From Nitrosopumilus sp. (GTDB lineage: Archaea; Thermoproteota; Nitrososphaeria; Nitrososphaerales; Nitrosopumilaceae), in NCBI GenBank assembly GCA_965205675.1, contig OZ242186.1, positions 1,184,001 to 1,248,000 on the forward strand: 64,000 nucleotides of DNA, written 5' to 3'. The stretch's first letter is position 1. Each line of letters starts with the position of its first letter. A program made the translations under genes and the position numbers. Below are positions 40,103 to 49,211 of this stretch, one piece after another. The notes below the pieces were generated by a model. That model saw nothing but the letters and a program-made list of their open reading frames with translations. It was not told the origin of the DNA and ran no database searches.

Positions 40103-40543
40103 ATGGCAATAGAGAAATGGCTTGCAATAACAAGTGTTGGATTATTTGCAATGTTTGCAGGTGAAATAATTTCGATTTATAATTTCATGACGGATATTCC
40201 CGAAGAGATAGAATTTTCAATTACCTTTGATCCTGATCCAAAAATATTCCAATTCATTTCTATTGGTGTTGCACCCGCCGGAATACTTGCCGCAGTTCCA
40301 TTTATTATGACAAGACGTTATGGTTCAAAATATATTGGCGGTCTGATAATGGCTGGCGGAATAATTATGCTGGTGGGAATGCTTGTTTCTTATTCATTAA
40401 TTGATAAAATTGATGATGCATATATCACAGATGTTGTAAACTTGGTACCTTTGTTGTTTATTGTTTTATCCGCTCCCGTAATTGGTGTGGGCGCTTATCT
40501 GACAAAAGAAAAAAAGAGACGCCCAAAAAAAGAGTTTTTCTAA
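40103..40543 (+). CDS. Hypothetical membrane protein (about 4 TM)
   Basis: Four hydrophobic segments, basic C-terminal tail. Confidence 0.8.
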   Translation: MAIEKWLAITSVGLFAMFAGEIISIYNFMTDIPEEIEFSITFDPDPKIFQFISIGVAPAGILAAVPFIMTRRYGSKYIGGLIMAGGIIMLVGMLVSYSLIDKIDDAYITDVVNLVPLLFIVLSAPVIGVGAYLTKEKKRRPKKEFF

Positions 40544-40977
40544 GTGTTATCTAATCGTAATTCATTAGCTACTTGTCTGAATCCTAGTTTTTCATAAAAT
40601 GGTTTAATTTCCTCCGTACAATCTAAAATTGTCTTGTAACAGCCACGTTTTTTTGCAATTTCAATAAGATATCTCATAATTTTTTCACCTATTTTCTGCC
40701 CTTGGAATCCCTTATGTACCACTACGTCTTCAATGTGTCCAACTAGTCCTCCATTATGGATGAATTTTGGTTCTATGAGCAGTGTTGCAGATCCTATAAT
40801 TTTCCCATCTATTTCTGCTACTGCTATAATGTGATCTGGATTGATATTAATTTTCTCAAAAATTTCTTTTGCTTTAGATTTTTCAATATTGCTTGTTTGT
40901 TTCAATGAATCCAGAGATTTAAGAAATCCATTCCAAAGATCTTTTTCTTCTAATTCTTTAATTGTTGGTTCATTCAT
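40540..40977 (-). CDS. GNAT acetyltransferase, glucosamine-6-phosphate N-acetyltransferase (GNA1)-like
   Basis: LIEPKFIH..GHIEDVVV..QGQKIG..GCYKTILDC..FYEKLGF. Confidence 0.88.
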   Translation of the reverse strand: MNEPTIKELEEKDLWNGFLKSLDSLKQTSNIEKSKAKEIFEKININPDHIIAVAEIDGKIIGSATLLIEPKFIHNGGLVGHIEDVVVHKGFQGQKIGEKIMRYLIEIAKKRGCYKTILDCTEEIKPFYEKLGFRQVANELRLDNT

Positions 40978-40985
40978 TTCTATGG

Positions 40986-41687
40986 TTACTGTTTTCTTAG
41001 TATTTGCATGTGTTCCTCACATATTTTTTTATATGATTCATTATTTCCAATATCGGAAAATCCTTTTTTTGTTATAAAACTACTTACTAATTTTTTGTTA
41101 GTTATAGCTTTTTTAATTACATCATCCATTCCATATGGTTTATTTTTTGGGATTAAACCAAGGACTTTGGGTTCCATTATATAACATCCCATGTTCACAT
41201 TTGCTTTTATCTCTGGTTTTTCATCCCAACTTGTCACTTTGCCTGTCTTTGAAGTATTAATTATCCCATATGCAAAATTGGTTTTGTATTCGTTTAAACT
41301 CATAGTTACAAATGCTCTTTTTACTTTATGCTGTTTTATCATATTTCTGAGACTAAAATTAAATATGGAATCCCCATACATGCAAACAAATGTATCTTTA
41401 ATGAATTCCTCTGCTGTTTTTAGTTGGCCTGCAGTATCTAAGGGTTCATTTGAAATTGCATATTCTATACTTACTCCAAATTTTTTCCCATTCTCAAAAT
41501 AATCCTCAATATTTTTTCTAAGATGACTTACAGCCAGAACTATTGATTTGATACCATTTTTTTTATTCCAATCAATAAGATGCTCTAAAATGGGTTTTTT
41601 ACCTAACAGCAACATTGGTTTTGGAGTTTTTTTTGTCAATGGGAGCAATCTAGTACCCAATCCTCCTGCCAAAATCACTGTTTTCAC
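40986..41687 (-). CDS. Sugar-phosphate nucleotidyltransferase
   Basis: ILAGGLGTRLLPLT..PKPM, EPLDTAG, YGD, DIG. Confidence 0.9.
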   Translation of the reverse strand: MKTVILAGGLGTRLLPLTKKTPKPMLLLGKKPILEHLIDWNKKNGIKSIVLAVSHLRKNIEDYFENGKKFGVSIEYAISNEPLDTAGQLKTAEEFIKDTFVCMYGDSIFNFSLRNMIKQHKVKRAFVTMSLNEYKTNFAYGIINTSKTGKVTSWDEKPEIKANVNMGCYIMEPKVLGLIPKNKPYGMDDVIKKAITNKKLVSSFITKKGFSDIGNNESYKKICEEHMQILRKQ

Positions 41688-41742
41688 AAATGTTCTCTGA
41701 GATATGGCTATTTATGTTCGAGGATGATTTTAAACTAAAATT

Positions 41743-43044
41743 CTATCCGATGATTTTTGATAATTTTTTTAAAATATTTTTTGGTGTGTGTCCAAAAAAT
41801 ATGATCATGGGCTCTTTTCCAAAATCTCCTTTATGAAAAATTACATCTGGTGATCTTTTTGAATTCTTAATTGCATTTTTAATTCCCCATTCTACTGTTG
41901 ATCCTTTATTTTTAATATTTTTTGGTTCTTGTGTCCTATCATAACTAGAGATTACCATTTTTGATTTTTTGATTTTTAAAATTGTTGAATTTTCATATTT
42001 TAAATTTATTGCAGAATGAATCTCTGGAAATTTTTTGTTTACTATCAGTAATGCGGTTCCAACATGTTTTGAACCTCCATATGATAAGTTACCTGCAACT
42101 ACAACTTTTTCTCCCGTTTTCACTATTCTTCCAGAAATTCCTAAAATATCTTTTGTTGATTTTGGTTTTTCTTTAGCATAAACAAAATTTGTTTGACATT
42201 CTGGAATATTTTTATAAATATTTTTAATTTCCACAAATTCCTCAATTGCTTGAGATAATTCTAAATTGATTTCATCATCGTTTTGAATATCAGTCATTCT
42301 GATTCCTTTTCCTATTTTTTTTGCATTTTTAATTGAATTATAAGTAAATTTTTTTGAAAATTTTACTGATTCTTGTATTGTTTTTTTGTTTGAAACAGCA
42401 TATGCCATCGCTGCTGAATAATTACATCCACTCCCATGATTTACATTTGCAATTTTATCTCCTGAAATAGTGTATTCTGTATTCTTCTCTAGAACATAGT
42501 CTGCTATTCTATTCTTTTTCTCTGTTATCCCTGTTATTACTACGTTTTTTGCTCCCATTTTTTGAATAATCTTTGCAATTTTTTTAATAGAACTCTTTGA
42601 ATTTACCTTTGTTTCTGACAGTGTTTCTGCTTCAAATCTATTTGGTGTAATGACTGTTGCAAGCGGTATCACATATTTTTGAAAATCCTTAATTGCAGAT
42701 TCTTCTATCAATGCTCCCCCAGTAGTTGATTTAATTACAGGATCTACCACTATTGGTATCTTTAAATTTTTTAATTGCAGATGGATTGTTTTAATTATTT
42801 CTGAGTTATACACCATTCCAATTTTTATTCCATCAATTCTAAAATCAGTTAATATAGAATCTAATTGATTTGTTAGAATTTCTCTTGATACAGGCTCCAC
42901 CATTCCAAAATTTGATGTATTTTGTCCTGTGATTGCAGTAATTACTGTCAAACCATGGACATTAAAATTTGAAAATACTTTGATATCATTTTGAATTCCT
43001 GCTCCGGATGACGGATCAGACCCTCCGATGGAAAGTAAGTTCAT
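41743..43044 (-). CDS. thiD: Bifunctional HMP(P) kinase / thiamine-phosphate synthase (ThiD-ThiN fusion)
   Basis: GGSDPSSGAGIQND, KIGM, TPNRFEA, HGSGC; C-terminal IPECQTN, GGSKH, GDFGKEP (ThiN). Confidence 0.93.
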   Translation of the reverse strand: MNLLSIGGSDPSSGAGIQNDIKVFSNFNVHGLTVITAITGQNTSNFGMVEPVSREILTNQLDSILTDFRIDGIKIGMVYNSEIIKTIHLQLKNLKIPIVVDPVIKSTTGGALIEESAIKDFQKYVIPLATVITPNRFEAETLSETKVNSKSSIKKIAKIIQKMGAKNVVITGITEKKNRIADYVLEKNTEYTISGDKIANVNHGSGCNYSAAMAYAVSNKKTIQESVKFSKKFTYNSIKNAKKIGKGIRMTDIQNDDEINLELSQAIEEFVEIKNIYKNIPECQTNFVYAKEKPKSTKDILGISGRIVKTGEKVVVAGNLSYGGSKHVGTALLIVNKKFPEIHSAINLKYENSTILKIKKSKMVISSYDRTQEPKNIKNKGSTVEWGIKNAIKNSKRSPDVIFHKGDFGKEPMIIFFGHTPKNILKKLSKIIG

Positions 43045-43153
43045 TGCGTTTTCTTATTTCTCTGTACTAATCTGTTTTTCTTTTTTCAGTTAAAGTTTGT
43101 AACATCTATTTTATACTTGAACTATGTGCTTAATGTTGATGGTAAAAATCCGC

Positions 43154-43330
43154 ATGGTTAATGATTCTTCTCTAGAAATGCTCCGATGCACTACTTGCTT
43201 GTTGCCAATGCAATATCAGAGTATTAAGGAGGACAAATTTTTATGGCAATGTTTCAAATGTGGAAAACAATATTTAATTTCTAAGAATATAGAGGATAGC
43301 ATAGAAGAAAGTTGGAGTCCTCCACGATAA
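43154..43330 (+). CDS. Small zinc-ribbon protein
   Basis: RCTTC..WQCFKCG; start uncertain. Confidence 0.55.
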   Translation: MVNDSSLEMLRCTTCLLPMQYQSIKEDKFLWQCFKCGKQYLISKNIEDSIEESWSPPR

Positions 43331-43554
43331 TGGATACTATGTTAGATTCTATCAAATCTGAAAACCTAGCACTCAGAGATTACATATCTCTTGTTTCTGC
43401 TGAACTTGAGTTATCTCAACGTCTATATGAAATCAAACAAAACTTTGCAAATTCTCCTTATTCTGAACGTCTAACTGTGCCTATTTTGGATAGAATTTCT
43501 AGAATAAAGTCAGAAAAACAAGTTTTAGAAATTAAACTAAGATTATCTGAATAA
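43330..43554 (+). CDS. Small hypothetical coiled-coil protein
   Basis: Helical 74-aa ORF, TAATG-coupled to the upstream ORF. Confidence 0.6.
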   Translation: MDTMLDSIKSENLALRDYISLVSAELELSQRLYEIKQNFANSPYSERLTVPILDRISRIKSEKQVLEIKLRLSE

Positions 43555-43652
43555 TTATGCACTGATGTTTGAGTGACACAATGTACTTGGTCTGCAAACT
43601 CTCTCATCTTACCAAATTATCTAAATAATTATGCGGATGTTTGAGTGACACA
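43542..43652. repeat. Imperfect 37-39-bp direct repeat separated by 35 bp
   Basis: attatctgaataattatgcactgatgtttgagtgacaca (43542-43580) vs attatctaaataattatgcggatgtttgagtgacaca (43616-43652). Confidence 0.85.
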
Positions 43653-43727
43653 GTCAAAAGAACAAAATTCATCTTTCATACTGTAGAATTCCCTACCACA
43701 ATGTTTGCATTCTCTAATTGTTCTCAT
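43629..43727 (-). CDS. TRASH/FCS-type zinc-finger microprotein (32 aa)
   Basis: Hand translation MRTIRECKHCGREFYSMKDEFCSFDCVTQTSA*; CxxC..FCSxxC. Confidence 0.6.
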   Translation of the reverse strand: MRTIRECKHCGREFYSMKDEFCSFDCVTQTSA

Positions 43728-43858
43728 ATCATCTTATAGTCATCATACCATAAAAGATCGATCATTTTTCTTAATATAGTGCTAAAATATTTTCATACGA
43801 TCAGATTTTTTTATCATTTTTACTATTGTTTAAATCAGGCAAGAACATAGATTACGTT

Positions 43859-45187
43859 ATGGCAACGCAAATGACTTCTGCTCGACGCGGTGTTGCAACT
43901 GATGAAATGAACCAAGTAGCAAAAGATGAAGGTGTTTCATTAAATTGGTTAATTCCTAAAATTGCGAAAGGCTCAATAATTATTCCAAGTAATAATGTAC
44001 GACCTCAAAAAATTCACAATGTTGGAATTGGTAAAGGTTTGAAAACCAAAGTCAATGTCAACATTGGAACTTCTACATTAAATGTAAACGTTGATGAAGA
44101 AGTCAAAAAAGCAAAAGTTGCAGTAAAATACCATGCAGATACGCTGATGGATCTTAGTGACGGTGGAGATGTTAAAAAAATACGTCAGACTCTTTTAGAT
44201 ACTGCACCTATTACTTTTGGAACTGTTCCTATTTACGAAGCTTACAATTATGGTGTAGAAGTTCACAAAAACCCTTTGAATTTAACTGAAGATGACTATC
44301 TTAATGCGTTTGAAAATAATGCAAAAGATGGTGTTGATTATACTACAATTCATTGTGGCATTACTAAAGATATTGCAAAAAGGATTCTTAAAGTACAGCG
44401 ATATGGAGGCGTAGTCAGCAAAGGTGGTACAATTACTGCTGCATGGATGTTAAAACACGATAAAGAAAATCCTTATCTGACTCATTATGATTATTTGATG
44501 GAAATTGCAAAAAAATATGATGTCACATTTAGTCTAGGAGATGCTTTAAGACCAGGCTCAATTCTGGATTCTCATGATGAATTGCAAGTTCAAGAAATGA
44601 TAAATATTTCACAGTTAACAAAACGTGCTCATGAACATGATATTCAAGTAATGGTGGAAGGGCCAGGCCATGTTCCGTTAAATGAAGTTGCTGCAAATGT
44701 TCGACTTGCAAAATCTCTAATTGGCGATGTTCCATACTATGTCCTAGGCCCGTTAGTTACAGATATTGCATCTGGACACGATCATATTGCCAGTGCTATT
44801 GGTGCGGCTGTTTCTGCAAGTGAAGGCGTAGATCTTTTATGTTATCTCACCCCATCTGAACATTTGGCATTGCCTAATGCTGCAGAAGTTAAATCAGGAT
44901 TGATAGCATATAGAATTGCAGCTCATGCCGGAGATCTTGTAAAAATGCGTGAGAAGGCCATCAAATGGGATATGGAGATGACTGAAGCTAGGCGCACCTT
45001 GGATTGGGAGAAACAACTTGCATTATCTATTGATCCAGAAGAAGCTGCAAAAATTCACAGTCGAACGGGTCAACATCCTGGCAATAACGTACCATGTACA
45101 ATGTGTGGTGGTGCATGTGTGTACATGATGTTGCCTCAACAAAAGAAATATGAAAAAGAGAACGAAAATTTACAACAAATTGAATAG
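43859..45187 (+). CDS. thiC: Phosphomethylpyrimidine synthase
   Basis: KVNVNIGTS, MDLS, GTVPIY, SLGDALRPG, EGPGHVP, CYLTPSEHL, CTMCGGAC. Confidence 0.97.
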   Translation: MATQMTSARRGVATDEMNQVAKDEGVSLNWLIPKIAKGSIIIPSNNVRPQKIHNVGIGKGLKTKVNVNIGTSTLNVNVDEEVKKAKVAVKYHADTLMDLSDGGDVKKIRQTLLDTAPITFGTVPIYEAYNYGVEVHKNPLNLTEDDYLNAFENNAKDGVDYTTIHCGITKDIAKRILKVQRYGGVVSKGGTITAAWMLKHDKENPYLTHYDYLMEIAKKYDVTFSLGDALRPGSILDSHDELQVQEMINISQLTKRAHEHDIQVMVEGPGHVPLNEVAANVRLAKSLIGDVPYYVLGPLVTDIASGHDHIASAIGAAVSASEGVDLLCYLTPSEHLALPNAAEVKSGLIAYRIAAHAGDLVKMREKAIKWDMEMTEARRTLDWEKQLALSIDPEEAAKIHSRTGQHPGNNVPCTMCGGACVYMMLPQQKKYEKENENLQQIE

Positions 45188-45574
45188 AACTTTTTGAAGA
45201 TGGGGTACTGTCTCATATTTTTCTAATTCATCAATGTTTATCCATTTGAATTCAGAATGCTCCCAATTTAATTTGATCATGAGGCTTTTTGATTCAAATA
45301 GGAATGGAAATATTTCCCACTCGTGATTTTTGTATTGAGGTGAACTAACTCGCATTTTTTCAGTAGTTTTGATTAATAGGATTTTATCTTTTGTAATTCC
45401 AACTTCTTCAAAAATCTCGATTTTTGCTCTTGTAAGGGGATCTTCGTTGTTTTCAATAATTCCGCTTATTCCTGCCCATAACCCTTTCATTGATTTTACT
45501 TTGTCGCTTCTTTTTAGAATTAATAATTTATCATTATCTCTGATGAATGATGTAACGATCTTTGTAGAGTGCAT
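45170..45574 (-). CDS. NUDIX hydrolase
   Basis: LLILKRS..GLWAGISG..AKIEIFEEVG Nudix box, LNWEHSEFKW. Confidence 0.88.
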   Translation of the reverse strand: MHSTKIVTSFIRDNDKLLILKRSDKVKSMKGLWAGISGIIENNEDPLTRAKIEIFEEVGITKDKILLIKTTEKMRVSSPQYKNHEWEIFPFLFESKSLMIKLNWEHSEFKWINIDELEKYETVPHLQKVLFNLL

Positions 45575-45579
45575 GCCGA

Positions 45580-46431
45580 CTATTTTTCAACTGCTTTTAC
45601 CATTTTTGTTAGTTTTTTGTATGATTCGTTGATATCTGTATGTGTTCCTAGTCTTTCTTGACATTCTTTGATGTATTTCACTACTTCTTCTGTCTTTGAT
45701 TCTTGAACAGATGTTAGTAATCTGCCGATATCCTTCCAAAGTTCTTCAGCTACTCTACGAATTTCAGGATTTGCAATAATAGTTTCAATTAGCTCCGGCG
45801 ACTCAGTCATGATACTTTCTGCTAATGTTTTTTGAACTCTAAATGTTGTACCTGACATTTTTTCTGTAAGATTCATTTTTTCATCTTTTGAGATAATATT
45901 TGCAAATACTAAATTCATTAAATGTGTCAATCCTAAAATCACTGCAATTTTTTTATCATGTTCTGTTGCATCTATTGTAACAAAGTTAGCTCCTGCAAAT
46001 AGTGTTTTTGCAACAGTTAATTCTTTTTTAGCATCTTTAATGGGAACTGAGATAATATTTTGGCCTTTGATTGTTTTAATCCCTGGACCAAACATTGGAT
46101 GTATACAGATTGGATTAATTTTTGTTGGCATTTTTGATAATGATGAAACTACTTTGGATTTTTCAGATGAAATTTCAATAAGATATGTTCCTCGTTTCAT
46201 TTCTTTTGCTATCAGTCTAATTATTTCTGGTGTTCTTCTTGTAGGTGTACAAAGAACTACATAATCTGCTTTTAGAATTCCTCCAACCAAAGACTCTGAT
46301 ATTATGATGTCTTTTCCAGATATTTTATTTTCTGAATCATATCCTGTTACTTCAAATCTTTCACTCAAAAAATATTTTGCAAACCACTGTCCCATTTGTC
46401 CTCCGGCACCAATTACTGTGATCTTCTTCAT
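45580..46431 (-). CDS. tyrA: Prephenate/arogenate dehydrogenase
   Basis: IGAGGQMGQW Rossmann motif, IHPMFGP, EHDK..LGLTH. Confidence 0.9.
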   Translation of the reverse strand: MKKITVIGAGGQMGQWFAKYFLSERFEVTGYDSENKISGKDIIISESLVGGILKADYVVLCTPTRRTPEIIRLIAKEMKRGTYLIEISSEKSKVVSSLSKMPTKINPICIHPMFGPGIKTIKGQNIISVPIKDAKKELTVAKTLFAGANFVTIDATEHDKKIAVILGLTHLMNLVFANIISKDEKMNLTEKMSGTTFRVQKTLAESIMTESPELIETIIANPEIRRVAEELWKDIGRLLTSVQESKTEEVVKYIKECQERLGTHTDINESYKKLTKMVKAVEK

Positions 46432-47798
46432 TGATTATCCCTCACCATGTTGTTTAGTATATCCATTCCTTCCATCAATGTTTCCTCATTTTGACATGCA
46501 GAAAGTCTGATGAAATTCTTATAATCTCCAAATCCCTCCCCCGGAGCTACTGCTAGTCCTTTCTCTAGTGTGCTGTTAGCAAATTGCACCCCGTCAAAGC
46601 CTTTTTGATTTATTCGTGCAAAAAGATACATCGCACCATCAGGGATGACAAAATCTAATCCCATCTGTTTTGCTTTATCTGCCAATACATCTAGTCTATT
46701 TTGTACTGTATTAGTATTATTGGATATATCTGCCTCAAGAGCTTTCATGGCTATGTATTGGATTGGTTCTGAGACATTTGTAAGGCACAGTGCTTCTAAT
46801 TTTGCCATTTTTTCGATTATTTTTGTATCTGCAATACCGTACCCTATTCGAAATCCTGTCATTGCGTGTGATTTTGAAAAAGATTGTGCGATAATACTTT
46901 TTTCATAATTATAACTAAGAATACTTTTCCAAGTCTTCTTTGCATATTGTGAATATATCTCATCACTTAACACATACAAGTCATTTTCTTTTGCAATATC
47001 CATAATACTATCTTGTAATTTTTCATCTAGAATTTTACCTGTAGGGTTATTTGGATAGTTTAAAACAATCATTTTTGTATTTGTGTTAATTATGTTTTTA
47101 ATTTGTTCTAATGATGGTTCCCATTTATTCTCAAATGTAGTACTAATGGTTCTTACTTTGATTCCGGAATTTAATGCACAATCTTTGTATGCTGGCCATG
47201 CTGGTTCTATTACAATCATTTCGTCGCCTGGATTTAACAAAGTTGTAATTGAAGTGAAGATCAAGAATCGGGCACCTGGACTTACAATAATATTATCTTG
47301 TTGAACATTAACATTAAAAATTTTTGATGCAGATTTTGCTAATGCTTCTTTGAATATCGGCATTCCTCTTGCTTGACCATATTTGAAAAATCCTTTATCA
47401 AACACGTTTTCTAATGCATCTTTTACAATTTTTGGCGGTAAGAAATCGGGTTCTCCCACCTCCATGTGGATGATTTTTTTTCCTTGTTCTTCAAGTGATT
47501 TTGCCTTTAAAAAAATTGAAAGATGCGTCTGTTTATTGGCAGATTGTATTTTTATTGATTCATTTAAAAGAAAATTCAAAAATTTTGTAGCAATTGTTTC
47601 ATCTAGTTTGATATCTTTACACAATGAAATTATTTTTCCACGTAAATTATTTTCTCTTGCTTCATCTGTTATTACTTTTCCAATATTTTTTTTAACTTCT
47701 CCAATTTCTGTGGCAATTTCTGTTCGTGTTTTTAATAATTCTATCATTTTTAGAGTAACTTCATCCATTCTGTTTTGTAGATCATCGATATCAGACAT
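46428..47798 (-). CDS. Chorismate mutase (AroQ)-class I/II aminotransferase fusion
   Basis: N-terminal AroQ (LLKTR..IGEVKK..DEARE..ESIKIQ) fused to GEPDF, NYPNNPTG, SDEIY, SFSKSHAMTGFRIG. Confidence 0.88.
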   Translation of the reverse strand: MSDIDDLQNRMDEVTLKMIELLKTRTEIATEIGEVKKNIGKVITDEARENNLRGKIISLCKDIKLDETIATKFLNFLLNESIKIQSANKQTHLSIFLKAKSLEEQGKKIIHMEVGEPDFLPPKIVKDALENVFDKGFFKYGQARGMPIFKEALAKSASKIFNVNVQQDNIIVSPGARFLIFTSITTLLNPGDEMIVIEPAWPAYKDCALNSGIKVRTISTTFENKWEPSLEQIKNIINTNTKMIVLNYPNNPTGKILDEKLQDSIMDIAKENDLYVLSDEIYSQYAKKTWKSILSYNYEKSIIAQSFSKSHAMTGFRIGYGIADTKIIEKMAKLEALCLTNVSEPIQYIAMKALEADISNNTNTVQNRLDVLADKAKQMGLDFVIPDGAMYLFARINQKGFDGVQFANSTLEKGLAVAPGEGFGDYKNFIRLSACQNEETLMEGMDILNNMVRDNQ

Positions 47799-47802
47799 TT
47801 TC

Positions 47803-48897
47803 TTACAAAACTGGTTTGATTGCCCCTGAAATGAGTGCATGATCTGCTATCGTCAATGCAACCAACGAGTCTACTACTGGCGGAGCTCTTGGTACTACGC
47901 ATGGGTCATGCCTACCTTTGACTTGTAGAATTGTTTCTTTTTTTGTTTTAATATCTACGGTCTTTTGCTTTTGAGCAATAGATGATGCAGGCTTGAAAGC
48001 AATTCTTATAGTAATTGGCATTCCATTGGAGACACCTCCTAAAATTCCTCCTGATCTATTTGTTTCTGTGACAATTTTCCCTTTCTTTATTGTATACAAG
48101 TCATTATTTTCTGAACCATATAATTCGGAACCATGAAATCCCGAACCAAACTCAATTCCTTTAACTGATGGAATTGAAAAGATTGCTTTACTTAAATCTG
48201 ATTCTAATGAACTAAAAATTGGCTCTCCTAATCCTACTGGAACCTTGGTTGTGATTGATTCAATTATTCCTCCAAGAGAATCTCCTTTTTTTCTCGCATC
48301 CAAAATACTATCTCTCATAATTTTTGCGGTTTTAGTTTCTGGACATCGTACATCATTTTTGTAAATTGAATCGATCATTTTTGTATTAAATTTTCTCTCC
48401 ATCTTTATTTTTCCAATTTGTGATGTAAATGAATTAGTTTCAATACCTAATGTTACTTTGAGTAATTTTCTTGCAATAGCTCCACCCATAACATGTGTTG
48501 CAGTCAGTCTCCCTGAGAATCTCCCTCCTCCTCTATGATCATTATAGTGATTGTATTTTATCATTGCTGTATAATCTGAATGACCAGGTCTCAATTTCGT
48601 TTTCAAATTTTCATAATCTTTTGATTTTTGATCATTGTTCCAAATTATCATTGTAATTGGAGCTCCTGTGGTGTATCCTCTAAAAGTCCCCGAGATGATT
48701 TCAACAACATCTCCTTCTTTTCGTTGAGTTGTAATCTGATTTTGACCAGGTTTTCTGAGATTCAACATCTTTTGAATTTCTTTTTCATCAATTTCTAATC
48801 CTGCAGGACATCCATCTAAAACGGCTCCGATAGATTTTCCATGACTTTCACCAAAACTTGTTAAAACAAGACGTTGGCCAATAGAACTTCCAGACAA
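47803..48897 (-). CDS. aroC: Chorismate synthase
   Basis: FGESHG, RPGHSD, GGGRFSGR, GGILGG, GRHDPC. Confidence 0.97.
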   Translation of the reverse strand: MSGSSIGQRLVLTSFGESHGKSIGAVLDGCPAGLEIDEKEIQKMLNLRKPGQNQITTQRKEGDVVEIISGTFRGYTTGAPITMIIWNNDQKSKDYENLKTKLRPGHSDYTAMIKYNHYNDHRGGGRFSGRLTATHVMGGAIARKLLKVTLGIETNSFTSQIGKIKMERKFNTKMIDSIYKNDVRCPETKTAKIMRDSILDARKKGDSLGGIIESITTKVPVGLGEPIFSSLESDLSKAIFSIPSVKGIEFGSGFHGSELYGSENNDLYTIKKGKIVTETNRSGGILGGVSNGMPITIRIAFKPASSIAQKQKTVDIKTKKETILQVKGRHDPCVVPRAPPVVDSLVALTIADHALISGAIKPVL

Positions 48898-49211
48898 TAT
48901 ACTCTCAAAGTTAATTGATGTTTATAATTCCTCATTCTGAAATTTATTGAAATTTCTGTTTAATTGATTATGATCATATATCACACCTGTTTAAAAATTA
49001 TAATATTATCAAGTATATTATGAAATAATTATAATATATTCTTAAATATCGTAATAATATATACAAAATTATATAAATTATAAAGAATAACTTAGACAAC
49101 CCTGCAAAAAATATGTGTTATCTACGCTGAAATGTCGCAGGTGAGAAAGAATAGTTTTATTCTACTATCTAGTTCGCACCTTTTATCTCCGCTAGCAGTT
49201 TTTTTAAAATT

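Noticed and set aside
43542-43652. Mini CRISPR array
   Set aside because: Only two imperfect repeats, both overlapping gene ends; no cas genes or leader
43730-43858. TPP riboswitch upstream of thiC
   Set aside because: No GCUGAGA or CUGAU..GCGUAGGGA core; TATA spacing suggests a leaderless mRNA
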